From assembly GCA_001871085.1 (NCBI GenBank), contig MNUQ01000113.1, positions 11,608 to 75,607 of the forward strand: a stretch of 64,000 nt of DNA. Direction: 5' to 3'. This document shows positions 25,471 through 35,037 of the stretch, one piece after another. Made by a program: the position numbers and the translations under genes. How positions within the stretch are numbered: position 1 is the first letter of the stretch; each line of letters begins with the position of its first letter. Under the pieces are notes generated by a model that searched no databases, was not told the origin of the DNA, and was given only the letters and a program-made list of their open reading frames with translations. Origin of the DNA: Desulfovibrionaceae bacterium CG1_02_65_16. Its GTDB lineage: Bacteria > Desulfobacterota > Desulfovibrionia > Desulfovibrionales > Desulfovibrionaceae.

Positions 25471-27690
25471 ATGCCCTCAACATCCTGGCAAGAGCTGCTG
25501 CACGACGTCGCAACGCCAAAACGATGTCTCCCGGCCCTGTGTTCCGGCGTTCTGGTCGGCATGCTGCTTATTGTCATTCAGCTTTCCCTCGCCTCGCTCA
25601 TCTTCTCCGGCCCTCTTGCGCCCTTCGCCCCGCAGGCCTCCGGACTGCCTTTGTTCGGCTGCTTCGTCATGTGCGTGCTGGTGGCGCTCTTCAGCTCGGT
25701 TCCCACGGCCATCTGTGCGCCGGAGGACTCCCCCGCCGCCATCTTGGCCTCCGTGGGCGCGGGCATCGCCGCCGCACTGGCTGGAGCATCGGATCCGCGC
25801 GCTGCCTACGTCACCGTCGGCGCGGCCATGGCGCTCTCCGCGCTGGGCACCGGCACGCTCTTTCTGCTGCTGGGCCGCTTCCGGCTGGGCAACCTCGTCC
25901 GCTACATGCCATATCCAGTGGTGGGAGGCTTTCTGGCGGGCGTTGGCTGGCTGCTGGCGCGCGGCAGCATCATCATCATGACCGGCATCCCCCCCAGTGT
26001 GGCAAACCTGCCGGTTCTCTTCACCGGTGGAATGCTGGTTCTATGGCTTCCGGGCCTGGCATTGGCGCTGGCCACGCTGGCGGCCAGCAAATTCATTAAA
26101 AACGGCGTGGCGCTCCCGGCTACAATCGGCGCAGCCATAGCGGCCTTCGCCATCTATCTCTGGGCCACAGGGCAAAGTCTGGCCGATGCGGAGCGCACCG
26201 GGCTGTTGCTGGGCGGCATTGAGGAAGGCAAGCGGCTGTGGCCGGTGTTCACCATGGCCGACTTCTCGCTGATCCGCTGGGATTTGCTGGCCCAGCAGAT
26301 TCCGCAGCTGTGCACCATCCCCCTGGTCTCCGCCATTTCCTTCCTGCTGGTCAGCAGCGGCATGGAAGCAATGCTGCGGCGCGATCTGGACATGCGCCAC
26401 GAGCTGTACCTCAACGCCGCGGTCAACTTCATCGCCGGTCCCGGCGGGTCGCACACAGGCTTCACGGCGCTCAGCTACTCCATGCTGGGCCCCATGACCG
26501 GCTCGAACTCGCGGCTGGTCGGCGTCGTCGCCGGGCTGCTCGCGGGCGCGGCGGCCTTTTCCGGTGCATCGGTGCTCGGCCATGTTCCTCGCTTCGTTCT
26601 TGGCGGGCTGACGATGTTCATGGGCCTGGCCACCATGCTGGAATGGGCGGTGCGAATGCGCACCAGGGTGACCCGCGCGGAATACGGCCTCGTCCTGGCC
26701 ATCCTCTGCTCGGTCGGGGCCTTTGGCTTCCTGCCCGGCGTGGCCTTTGGCCTGGTCATGGCCGCGGCCGTCTTTGTGATCAAATACAGCCAGCTTCCTG
26801 TCGCCCGGCAGGAGTCCGACACGAGCGCCCTTGCGAGCACGGTCCGGCGCTCCATCCCCGAGCAGCATATCCTGCATGCCCATGTCGGCTCCATTCGCGT
26901 GCTGCACATCGCCGGCTACCTGTTCTTCGGTTCCGCGAACACGCTCAACCGCACGGTGTCCCAGTATCTGACCCCGCAAAGGAGCAACGAGCCGGGCTAC
27001 ATTGTTTTAGATTTTTCGGAAGTTGATGGTTTTGACTCCTCGGCTTTGAACTGCCTGCTGCGCATGGTGCAGCGCTGCACGGGCGCGGGCATGACACCGC
27101 TTTTTGCCGCCGTGCCGGAAGGCTTTGCCCGGCAAATGCGGCGCACGTCCCAGGACGAGGTGGAGAAGCTTTGGTTTCTGCCCAGCCTGGACAGCGCCTT
27201 GGAGTGGTGCGAGAATGATATCCTCGTCCGTTTCGAGTCCACCAAGACCAGGGAATCGCAGGATGCGCTTTTCGACAGCACCGTTGACGACCTGCTGGCC
27301 CAGATTGAGAAGAGCGAACGCTTTGAAGCCATGCTTGAAAGCTTGGCCCCCTATGTGGAGCCGAGAAGCGCCGCGGCCGGAGAGGTCATTCTGGATGAAG
27401 GGGCGGCGCTTGACGGCGTGCTGCTGTTCGTTTCGGGCCAGGCGGAGGAGACCCACGCGGGGGAGGGCGGAGACCTCGACGTCAAGGTGCGCCTGCGCAC
27501 CTTGACGGCAGGGGCGCTGGTGGGCCGCGCCAGCGTCGAACAGTCCTACTCCGCCCCGGGGCGAATCATTGCGCTTACGCCTTGCGCCGTGTCGTTTCTC
27601 TCCCTGGCTTCCCTTGCCCGTGTGGAGATCGAGAATCCCACCCTCGCTCTCACCTTTTATCGCCAGTACATCTCGAGCATGCCGCACTAG
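25471..27690 (+). CDS. SulP-family anion permease with STAS and C-terminal cNMP-binding-like domain
   Basis: Many TM helices, 'LVRYMPYPVVGGFLAG', STAS 'GYLFFGSAN...LDFSEVDGFDSSA', then a cNMP-like region 'GEVILDEG...G.LVG'. Confidence 0.88.
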   Translation: MPSTSWQELLHDVATPKRCLPALCSGVLVGMLLIVIQLSLASLIFSGPLAPFAPQASGLPLFGCFVMCVLVALFSSVPTAICAPEDSPAAILASVGAGIAAALAGASDPRAAYVTVGAAMALSALGTGTLFLLLGRFRLGNLVRYMPYPVVGGFLAGVGWLLARGSIIIMTGIPPSVANLPVLFTGGMLVLWLPGLALALATLAASKFIKNGVALPATIGAAIAAFAIYLWATGQSLADAERTGLLLGGIEEGKRLWPVFTMADFSLIRWDLLAQQIPQLCTIPLVSAISFLLVSSGMEAMLRRDLDMRHELYLNAAVNFIAGPGGSHTGFTALSYSMLGPMTGSNSRLVGVVAGLLAGAAAFSGASVLGHVPRFVLGGLTMFMGLATMLEWAVRMRTRVTRAEYGLVLAILCSVGAFGFLPGVAFGLVMAAAVFVIKYSQLPVARQESDTSALASTVRRSIPEQHILHAHVGSIRVLHIAGYLFFGSANTLNRTVSQYLTPQRSNEPGYIVLDFSEVDGFDSSALNCLLRMVQRCTGAGMTPLFAAVPEGFARQMRRTSQDEVEKLWFLPSLDSALEWCENDILVRFESTKTRESQDALFDSTVDDLLAQIEKSERFEAMLESLAPYVEPRSAAAGEVILDEGAALDGVLLFVSGQAEETHAGEGGDLDVKVRLRTLTAGALVGRASVEQSYSAPGRIIALTPCAVSFLSLASLARVEIENPTLALTFYRQYISSMPH

Positions 27691-27789
27691 CTTGTGGAGT
27701 TGCAAGACGTTGTTCACAACCTCGCCGACTCGGCTGATGGGCGGTTTGTTCTGTAACGCTGAGTGATTTCTGTAGAAGTTGTATTCATG

Positions 27790-27821
27790 GAGCCAGCGAG
27801 GCAACCCGCTGGCTCTTTTTT
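27790..27821 (+). terminator. Intrinsic terminator after the sulP-like gene
   Basis: GAGCCAGCG-(AGGCAACC)-CGCTGGCTC, a perfect 9-bp stem followed by TTTTTT. Confidence 0.75.
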
Positions 27822-27990
27822 GGGGCCCGCGCGGGACTTAACCGCCTGGGCCTGCTGCTGGTGCGCGGGCGCGATGCGCTCCAAGGCCAGGCGTCACGCA
27901 TCGATTGAACCAGCAACAGGCTTTGCCCCACAAAAGCCGAAACGAGAACGACCGCGACGCTTTATTGCGGCCAGCGGCCGGAATTTGCGT

Positions 27991-28046
27991 GGCCATTCGG
28001 CCGTGGCCATTCGGCCGGGGCCATTCGGCCGGGGCCATTCGGCTGT
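27991..28046. repeat. 14-bp tandem repeat x4 (GGCCATTCGGCCGK)
   Basis: GGCCATTCGGCCGT GGCCATTCGGCCGG GGCCATTCGGCCGG GGCCATTCGGCTGT read directly; no spacers. Confidence 0.9.
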
Positions 28047-28292
28047 GTTCATTGCTTGTCCGCTGGCTGGCCTGGCTGGCTGGCCTGGCTGAACAGTCGG
28101 GGCGGTTCTTGCCTTCTTGCCCCCACCAGACTATCAAAGGCTGCGCCCCGCGCCGCCGATTCCATGGCGGGGCTCGCGCCGGGCGCGCTGTTTCTCATCA
28201 TCCACCCATGACCGGCGCGGCGTGCGCGGGGGAAATACCGCTTGAGCTGGATTGCGCGACAATGCCGCAAGGCCAAGAGCCTGCGCAAGAAC

Positions 28293-30308
28293 ATGAAGCT
28301 GGCCGCCCTGGCCCGGGGCGGCTGGGCGAGCGGGGCGGCGCTGGCTCTGGGCATTCTGCGAGGGCAGGGGGTGGACGGTCTGCGGCGCGGCTTGGCCGTG
28401 CTCGTTGCGCAGGCGGAATTGCGGCCGGAGGAGGGCGGCTTCGCCCCCGGCGATTATCAGGAGTGGGTGCGCCGTTACGACACGTTCTCCGGGAGCGCCC
28501 TGACCCGCCTGCACCGTCGCGCCAGCGGGCCGGAGCTGGCCGCAGGACCCTTATTCCGCCTTGCGTTGCTGCCGGGCGAGACGGATTTTTGGGACCGCAC
28601 GCTTGCCTCCCTGCGGGCGCAGGTCTATGCGCGCTGGGAGCTTGTCGCCGTCGCCGCCGCGGGCCAGGGACAGGACCCGGCCTGGAACGCCGACGCGCGC
28701 GCGGTGCTGGCGCGCCATGCCGGGGAGGACCCGCGCATCCGCCTTGCGGAACCTGGAAGCGGCCTGGTCGAGGCGCTGGCTTTGGGCGAATGTCCCTCGG
28801 GCGAATGCCCCTCGGGCGAATGCCCTGTGTATGTCGGTGTTGTGCGCGCGGGCGATGAACTGCCGCCCCACGCGTTGTTTTGCGCGGCCCTGGCCTTGCG
28901 CGAACGGCCGCAAACGGCGCTGCTCTATGCCGACGAGGACCGTCTTGATGCTGCTGGGCAGCGTATTGCCCCCTGGTTCAAGCCCGACCGCAACCCGGAG
29001 CTGATGCTGGCCCAGGACATGTTCTCCGGCCTGTGCCTGCTGCGCGCGGCCGATGCGGCCGTCGTGGGCGGCCCGCGCCTGGAGTTTGGCCCCTGGCTGG
29101 CGTATGACTTGGCTTGGCGCGTCATGGAGCGCGTCGCGCCGGAGGCCGTGGTGCACGTACCGCGAATTTTGTGCCACCGCCGGGGGGCGTTGGACCGGGA
29201 CCCCGCACCGGGCTTGCGGGCCGCGCAGGAGCATTTGGTCCGCGCCGCCGAGGCAGGCGCTGCCTATTCAAGCGCTGCCCATTCGGGCACCCATTCGGGC
29301 ACCCATTCGGGCGACGCCAGCGCTTGCGCCGTGCCCGCGCCGGACTTGTCGTCGGGCCTGTCCGTCGTGTCGGATCCCGCGATGTCGGATCCCGCAGTGT
29401 CGGGCCTGCCTCGGGGCTGCGTGCGCGCCGTGTATGCGCGCCCCGGCCCGGACCGGGTGGCGAGCATCCTCATCCCCACGCGCGACCGCGCCGACCTGCT
29501 GGCGGCCTGCGTACGTTCGATTATGGACCGCACGGCGCACAAGGGGTATGAGATCATCGTCATCGACAACGGCAGCGCGCTGGAGGAGACTTTTCGGCTT
29601 TTCGACGCCCTGCGCGGCGAGGGCGTGCGCATTGTGCGCGACGACGCGCCCTTCAACTACTCGCGCCTGAACAACAACGGCGCGGCGGCGGCGAAGGGCG
29701 AATTTTTGTGCCTTATGAACAACGACATCGAGGTTATTGAGGGCGACTGGCTGGGGGAGATGCTCTCCTTCGCCGCCCGGCCGGACGTGGGCTGCGTGGG
29801 CGCGCGGCTGTTGTACCCGGACGGGACCTTGCAGCACGGGGGTATTCTGCGCGGTGTGTGCGGCTTTGCCGGGCACGCGCATTTGGGCCTGCCGCGCGGG
29901 GCGGCGGGGTATTTCGGCCGCGCCGCCTTGCACCAGGAAATGAGCGCCGTCACCGCCGCCTGTCTGGTTGTGCGCCGCTCGGTCTTCAATCAGGTCGACG
30001 GGCTCGACGAGTCGCTGCCGGAGTCATACAATGACGTGGATTTTTGCCTGCGCGTGCGCGCCGCTGGCTATCGCAACGTGTGGACGCCCTACGCCGAGCT
30101 GTTCCATCACGAGTCCGCCAGCCGCCGCGCCCGCGCGCAGAACGGCACGGCGGCCATGAACGAGCAGGACCGCAGGACCACCCGGCTCATGCGCACCCGT
30201 TGGGGCGCCCTGGCCGAGGATTCCGCGTACAACCCGAACCTGACGCGCCGCAGCTGCGGATTCGACCTTGCCTGGCCGCCGCGGGTGGCGCCGCTTTCGT
30301 TGCTTTGA
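28293..30308 (+). CDS. Family 2 glycosyltransferase (two GT-A domains; O-antigen/capsule type)
   Basis: 'LLYADED..FKPD', 'SILIPTRD', 'IIVIDNGS', 'FNYSRLNN', 'LMNNDIEV', 'SAVTAAC', 'YNDVDFCLR'; start codon uncertain. Confidence 0.88.
   Translation: MKLAALARGGWASGAALALGILRGQGVDGLRRGLAVLVAQAELRPEEGGFAPGDYQEWVRRYDTFSGSALTRLHRRASGPELAAGPLFRLALLPGETDFWDRTLASLRAQVYARWELVAVAAAGQGQDPAWNADARAVLARHAGEDPRIRLAEPGSGLVEALALGECPSGECPSGECPVYVGVVRAGDELPPHALFCAALALRERPQTALLYADEDRLDAAGQRIAPWFKPDRNPELMLAQDMFSGLCLLRAADAAVVGGPRLEFGPWLAYDLAWRVMERVAPEAVVHVPRILCHRRGALDRDPAPGLRAAQEHLVRAAEAGAAYSSAAHSGTHSGTHSGDASACAVPAPDLSSGLSVVSDPAMSDPAVSGLPRGCVRAVYARPGPDRVASILIPTRDRADLLAACVRSIMDRTAHKGYEIIVIDNGSALEETFRLFDALRGEGVRIVRDDAPFNYSRLNNNGAAAAKGEFLCLMNNDIEVIEGDWLGEMLSFAARPDVGCVGARLLYPDGTLQHGGILRGVCGFAGHAHLGLPRGAAGYFGRAALHQEMSAVTAACLVVRRSVFNQVDGLDESLPESYNDVDFCLRVRAAGYRNVWTPYAELFHHESASRRARAQNGTAAMNEQDRRTTRLMRTRWGALAEDSAYNPNLTRRSCGFDLAWPPRVAPLSLL
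28785..28826. repeat. In-frame 15-bp tandem repeat (GECPS x~3) within the GT2 gene
   Basis: GGCGAATGTCCCTCG GGCGAATGCCCCTCG GGCGAATGCCCT. Confidence 0.85.
29278..29312. repeat. In-frame 12-bp tandem repeat (HSGT x3) within the GT2 linker
   Basis: CCCATTCGGGCA x2 followed by CCCATTCGGGC. Confidence 0.85.
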
Positions 30309-30367
30309 ACCCTGGCGCGGGCAGCCGCCGCAAGCGCCAACCGGAACGTTTTCCTCAGGAGACATGA

Positions 30368-32143
30368 GTGGATATCAACGCTATTCAACATATCAAGGCC
30401 ACAACCCTGCTTCGGCGCTGTCTCACGTATTTTTGGCGCTACAAAAACCGGGTGCTTCTGGCCATCCTTGGCATGATCGTGGTGGCCCCGTGTTCCGCGG
30501 CCAGCGCCTGGCTGGTCAAAAAGGCCGTGGATGACGTGCTCATCCGCAAGGACATCAACGCGCTCAAGTTCGTCACCCTGGCCATAGTGGTGCTTATGAC
30601 GGCCAAGGGCATCTTTCGCTTCATGCAGAACTACTACATGAACACGGCGGGCATGTACGCCGTCAACGACCTGCGCAACGAGATCTACGGCAAGGTCGTG
30701 TACCTGCCCATGAGCTACTTCAACGAGTCCCAGGTGGGCATGCTGATGAGCCGCGTGCTGGGCGACGTGGGCCTCATCGCCGGGAGCCTGCCGTCCATCG
30801 TCATGATGACGCGCGAGTTTTTCTCGGTCATCGGCCTTGGCGTGTACGTGTTCTACATGGACTGGAGGCTGGCCTTCTGGGGCACCATTGTGCTGCCGGC
30901 GGCGTTGTATCCATTCATTTACTACAGTAAGAAGATGCGCAAGCTGGGCCGGCGCAATCAGAATTTCGGGGCCGAGGTGAGCGCGCTGTTGCAGGAGGGG
31001 CTCTCCGGCATCCGCATCGTCAAGGGCTTCGCCAAAGAGCCGCAGGAGGCCCAACGTTTCATCGACCAGAACTCCAAGCTCATCAAGAACAGCGCCAAAC
31101 AGATTCTCGCCAGCGAGCAGAGCTCCCGCGTCATGGAGACCATCGGCTCCTTCGCCGCCGGGCTGGTGCTGTGGTATGGCGGCAGCCGCGTCATCGCCGG
31201 CGAGCTGACCACCGGTTCGCTGCTTTCGTTCCTCACCGCGCTTGCCTTGCTGTACGACCCCATCAAGCGCATCAATTCCGCCAATATCGACATCCAGATG
31301 GCGCTCACCGGCGCCGAGCGCGTGTTCAACATCATCGACACGGCAGGCACCATCGCCGAGCGTGGCGGCACCGCCATTGTGGACAAGGACTTCAAGGACC
31401 TGCGCTTTGAGCATGTGCGGTTTACTTACAGCGGCGGCAACCGGCCAGCGCTGGACGACATCAACATGGAGGTGCGCGCGGGCGAGCGCGTGGCCATCGT
31501 CGGCTCCAGCGGCTCCGGCAAGACCACGCTGGCCAACCTGGTGCCGCGCTTCTTCGATCCGCAGGGCGGGCGTATTCTGCTCAACGGCCGGCCCCTGCAT
31601 GACTACACGCTGGCCAGCCTGCGCCGCAGCATGGGCCTTGTTTCGCAGGACGCGTTTCTTTTCAACGCCACAGTAACCGAGAACATCGCCTATGGCGCCA
31701 TCGACGGCTACACGCAGGAGGAGGTGGCGGCGGCGGCCAAGGCGGCCTACGCCCATGAGTTCATCATGGAGTTGCCCGGCGGCTACAATGCCATTGTGGG
31801 CGAGCGCGGGGTCAAGCTCTCCGGCGGGCAAAAGCAGCGCCTCACCATCGCCCGGGCCATTCTGAAGAACCCGCAGCTCTTGATCCTTGACGAGGCCACC
31901 AGCGCGCTGGACACTGAGAGTGAACGTATAGTACAGTTGGCACTGGAAAACTTGATGGCTGACCGTACGAGCATCGTCATTGCGCACCGGCTGTCAACTA
32001 TCCTGAATGCTCACCTCATCGTGGTGATGAGCGAGGGCAAAATCGTCGACATGGGCAAGCACGCCAAGTTGCTGGGGCGCTGCAACATTTACAAGAAATT
32101 GTATGAGTTGCAGTTTGGTATGACCGGGGCGGAACCGAGGTAA
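30368..32143 (+). CDS. msbA: MsbA-like lipid A/glycolipid ABC flippase
   Basis: ABC TM domain, Walker A 'GSSGSGKTT', 'LSGGQKQR', 'LILDEATSALD', 'IAHRLST'; LPS-locus context. Confidence 0.75.
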   Translation: MDINAIQHIKATTLLRRCLTYFWRYKNRVLLAILGMIVVAPCSAASAWLVKKAVDDVLIRKDINALKFVTLAIVVLMTAKGIFRFMQNYYMNTAGMYAVNDLRNEIYGKVVYLPMSYFNESQVGMLMSRVLGDVGLIAGSLPSIVMMTREFFSVIGLGVYVFYMDWRLAFWGTIVLPAALYPFIYYSKKMRKLGRRNQNFGAEVSALLQEGLSGIRIVKGFAKEPQEAQRFIDQNSKLIKNSAKQILASEQSSRVMETIGSFAAGLVLWYGGSRVIAGELTTGSLLSFLTALALLYDPIKRINSANIDIQMALTGAERVFNIIDTAGTIAERGGTAIVDKDFKDLRFEHVRFTYSGGNRPALDDINMEVRAGERVAIVGSSGSGKTTLANLVPRFFDPQGGRILLNGRPLHDYTLASLRRSMGLVSQDAFLFNATVTENIAYGAIDGYTQEEVAAAAKAAYAHEFIMELPGGYNAIVGERGVKLSGGQKQRLTIARAILKNPQLLILDEATSALDTESERIVQLALENLMADRTSIVIAHRLSTILNAHLIVVMSEGKIVDMGKHAKLLGRCNIYKKLYELQFGMTGAEPR

Positions 32144-32242
32144 CGCCCCGCCGGCGTGGCTGGAACGACGTGGCATCATATCGCGCGTGGACGCTTTGTA
32201 CTGAACGCCCCACCTACCCTCCTGATTTGGGAAGCCTCGAAC

Positions 32243-33439
32243 ATGCATAATCCATTCAGTTTGCTCTACCAGGCATACCGGCACAGCAGGCGGCAAAAGA
32301 AGCTGGGCCGAAGCATGAGCAAGGAACTACGCCTGCTCCAGTTCATCCAGTTCAGCCCAGTTGCGCCGCTTTCCACGCGTATGATCTCTCCAGACAAGGA
32401 GAAGCATCTCAAGATTGCCTTCATCATTCCCGGGTTGCCCCGATACAGCGGCGGGCATACGTCCATCTTGCGTCTTGGGACGTATCTGACTCACATTGGA
32501 CATGAAATATATTATGTCACATACGACTGTGCTGAAAAAGAATCCATGCGGAGCAACGCCGAGAATAACCTCCCAACGTATCAGGGCACGGTTCTGGACA
32601 GGTCCGCGCTTAACGACGGCTATGACGTCGCCGTGGCCACATGGTGGCTGAGCGCGTACATTGTGGCGAGGCTGCCTAACGCCAGCCATAAGGCCTATTT
32701 CATTCAGGACTACGAGCCTGCCTTTATGCCAGAGGGCGAGCACTATTTTCTTGCCCGGCAAAGCTACGCCCTCGGGTTGCATATGTTTAGCCTGGGGGGG
32801 TGGAACAAGGCAAGAATACTGCAAATATTCCCAACTGCCGCGATTGACGAAATGTGCTTTCCGTACGAACCGCAGGCGTATAAGTTCGTTGCGCATGCTG
32901 CTGCGGCTCCCCATATGCTTCGGTTGGCGATCTATATCAAATTGAGTTCAAAGCGGGCTCCGTACATGCTTATCCGGTGCGTCGAGCAGTTGGAAAGCGA
33001 TCTCCGCCAGCACGGCGTGAGCCTGGAGGCTCGGTTCTTCGGGGCCGAAAAGGACATCCCGCTCCCTGTCGGGCAGAATCTTGGGAAGCTTAACCAGAAA
33101 GAGCTCCTCACGCTGTATTCCCAATCGGACCTCGGCGTTGTCGCCTCTCTCACAAACATTTCGCTTGTTCCGTATGAGATGATCGCCACGGGGCTGCCCA
33201 TTGTCGATTTTCTTGAAGGGAGTGCCCCCTTCTTTTTCAATGACGACATGATGCTCCTTTCACCGCTAGATCCCGTGCAATTTAGTGAGACGATCAGAAA
33301 GGCCATCGCCGAGCCGGACCGGCTGCGAAAAATGGCCCAGACAGCGCTAGAGCATGTCCGGGAGAACACTTGGCTGGCCGCCGCAGAGCAGTTCGATCGT
33401 GCCCTGAAGGCAAGGCTTTCGGCACAGCGTTCGGACTGA
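32243..33439 (+). CDS. WsaF-like GT4 glycosyltransferase (rhamnosyltransferase type)
   Basis: 'SGGHTSILRL', 'VAVATWWLSAY', 'YFIQDYEPAF', 'SLTNISLVPYEMIATGLP'. Confidence 0.8.
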   Translation: MHNPFSLLYQAYRHSRRQKKLGRSMSKELRLLQFIQFSPVAPLSTRMISPDKEKHLKIAFIIPGLPRYSGGHTSILRLGTYLTHIGHEIYYVTYDCAEKESMRSNAENNLPTYQGTVLDRSALNDGYDVAVATWWLSAYIVARLPNASHKAYFIQDYEPAFMPEGEHYFLARQSYALGLHMFSLGGWNKARILQIFPTAAIDEMCFPYEPQAYKFVAHAAAAPHMLRLAIYIKLSSKRAPYMLIRCVEQLESDLRQHGVSLEARFFGAEKDIPLPVGQNLGKLNQKELLTLYSQSDLGVVASLTNISLVPYEMIATGLPIVDFLEGSAPFFFNDDMMLLSPLDPVQFSETIRKAIAEPDRLRKMAQTALEHVRENTWLAAAEQFDRALKARLSAQRSD

Positions 33440-33614
33440 GCCTGTTTTATGTGTCTCGCTCCACCCTTTACAACGAGCATCAAGGGCTGTGCTGCGATTG
33501 TCCGTATGAGCACCAAAGCCTGTCGTAATTGTCGGCTCCGGCTTGTCGTGACGCCGCAGGACGTGGACGATAACAGTCCCCGTGCGTGATTCCAGCAATG
33601 ACAGGAGAGTCTCG

Positions 33615-34676
33615 ATGCGTTTTCCGTTCATCCGAATTCAGAAAGACGCCACTTACCTTCGGCTCAACATATTTGGCTTGAAGATCAAGTTTTCAAACCG
33701 GGTTAGGGTCGAGTACGCCGATGGCGGCCCTTATGGCATGTATGACCTTCTCAAGCAGCACGCCAATGTCCCTTATTGTGTCAACACCGTGCTTGCCCAG
33801 CATGGCTGGATGCCGGGCGACGGGACTGACGACATCAGAATAGAGAAGGGAAAGCGACTGATGCTCAATTGGAGTCGTCGGTGCAGAAATATGTGGGTTA
33901 AAAAAAGCAAAGTGCCCTGCCTTGTGGCTGGTTCACCATTCGTTCACTATAGGAGAGACAACAATATCACTATTTCGCCTGAGGCCAAGGGGACTGTAGC
34001 ATTTCCCGCACACTCGGTCGCCGTTGCAAGGCCTTCCTTTGGAATCGACAAATATTGCGTGGAGCTTGCCGCCCTGCCGCCAGAATTTCATCCTATTACT
34101 GTGTGCCTTTACTTTTTGGATATCATTAAATATGGACTTGATACCCACTACAAGAAATATGGATTTAATGTTGTAAGTGCGGGGCTGGGATCTCACAAGG
34201 ATTACTGCAAGAATTTTTATGAAATTTTGCGGCAGCATAAGTTTGCTACATCAAATGCACCGGGTTCATATACATTTTATGCCGTCGAAATGGGCATTCC
34301 CTTTTTTATGTTAGGCGATATCCCTGTCTACGACAGCACAAAGGATGTTGTTCCGCAGGATGTGATTGAAACGTGGCGTTGTACTGATATGGAATATGGC
34401 GCTTTAACATACAAGCTGTTTTCCAAAACACCTTACAATAGAATTTCGAAAAAACAGCACCAATTTGTTATATCCGAAACAGGAATGCGGGATTGTCTTT
34501 CTGCGGATGAGCTGAACATCGCTATGCGGAGAGTCGCTGTAGAAACATGCTATATTAAAAATCCGGTCAAACGTTTCGCGGCTATCATAAAATATTGTCT
34601 GGCAAATCCGTTGTGCACATTCAAAAAGCTTCGGTTTGAAAAGTTCCTCCGCGAGTCCACAGAACTTCTTCAGTAG
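33615..34676 (+). CDS. Hypothetical AT-rich protein, probably surface-polysaccharide related
   Basis: AGGAGAG RBS before ATG 33615; long clean ORF; 'QHGW' and 'FYAVEMGIPF' resemble GT-B-like glycan enzymes; no firm family. Confidence 0.65.
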   Translation: MRFPFIRIQKDATYLRLNIFGLKIKFSNRVRVEYADGGPYGMYDLLKQHANVPYCVNTVLAQHGWMPGDGTDDIRIEKGKRLMLNWSRRCRNMWVKKSKVPCLVAGSPFVHYRRDNNITISPEAKGTVAFPAHSVAVARPSFGIDKYCVELAALPPEFHPITVCLYFLDIIKYGLDTHYKKYGFNVVSAGLGSHKDYCKNFYEILRQHKFATSNAPGSYTFYAVEMGIPFFMLGDIPVYDSTKDVVPQDVIETWRCTDMEYGALTYKLFSKTPYNRISKKQHQFVISETGMRDCLSADELNIAMRRVAVETCYIKNPVKRFAAIIKYCLANPLCTFKKLRFEKFLRESTELLQ

Positions 34677-35037
34677 AGGCAAGTACTCCCGAGCGGCGTC
34701 GAAAGCCGTCTCCCGACGGCTCTTGCCGCGTCCTGCCATGCGCTCCTCGTGTCCTTTATCGCTCCCGCCTGTCTCCGGGCGAGACTGGTGTTGTTCCCGA
34801 GGGTAGCCCTCCCCCTCCTTTTGGTGCGCATCGCGGCCACCGTCTAGACATGCGGGCGGGATCGGTATACGAAATGGCTCCTGAAGAAGCGACACGGAGC
34901 AGTTTTACCGCACTTGGTCATCCCCGTCGCGCGATGGCGCGTGGACGAGGTCGCTCCCGTCGCAGGTTCGCTTCTTCCCCGAGAAGCGTCCGTACAATAT
35001 AATGCCCCTGGCGGGGAAAAGACTTCTCGGCCAAATT

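Noticed and set aside
27991-28091. Repeats as a possible CRISPR array
   Set aside because: Units of 14 bp or less are directly adjacent, with no spacers and no cas genes.
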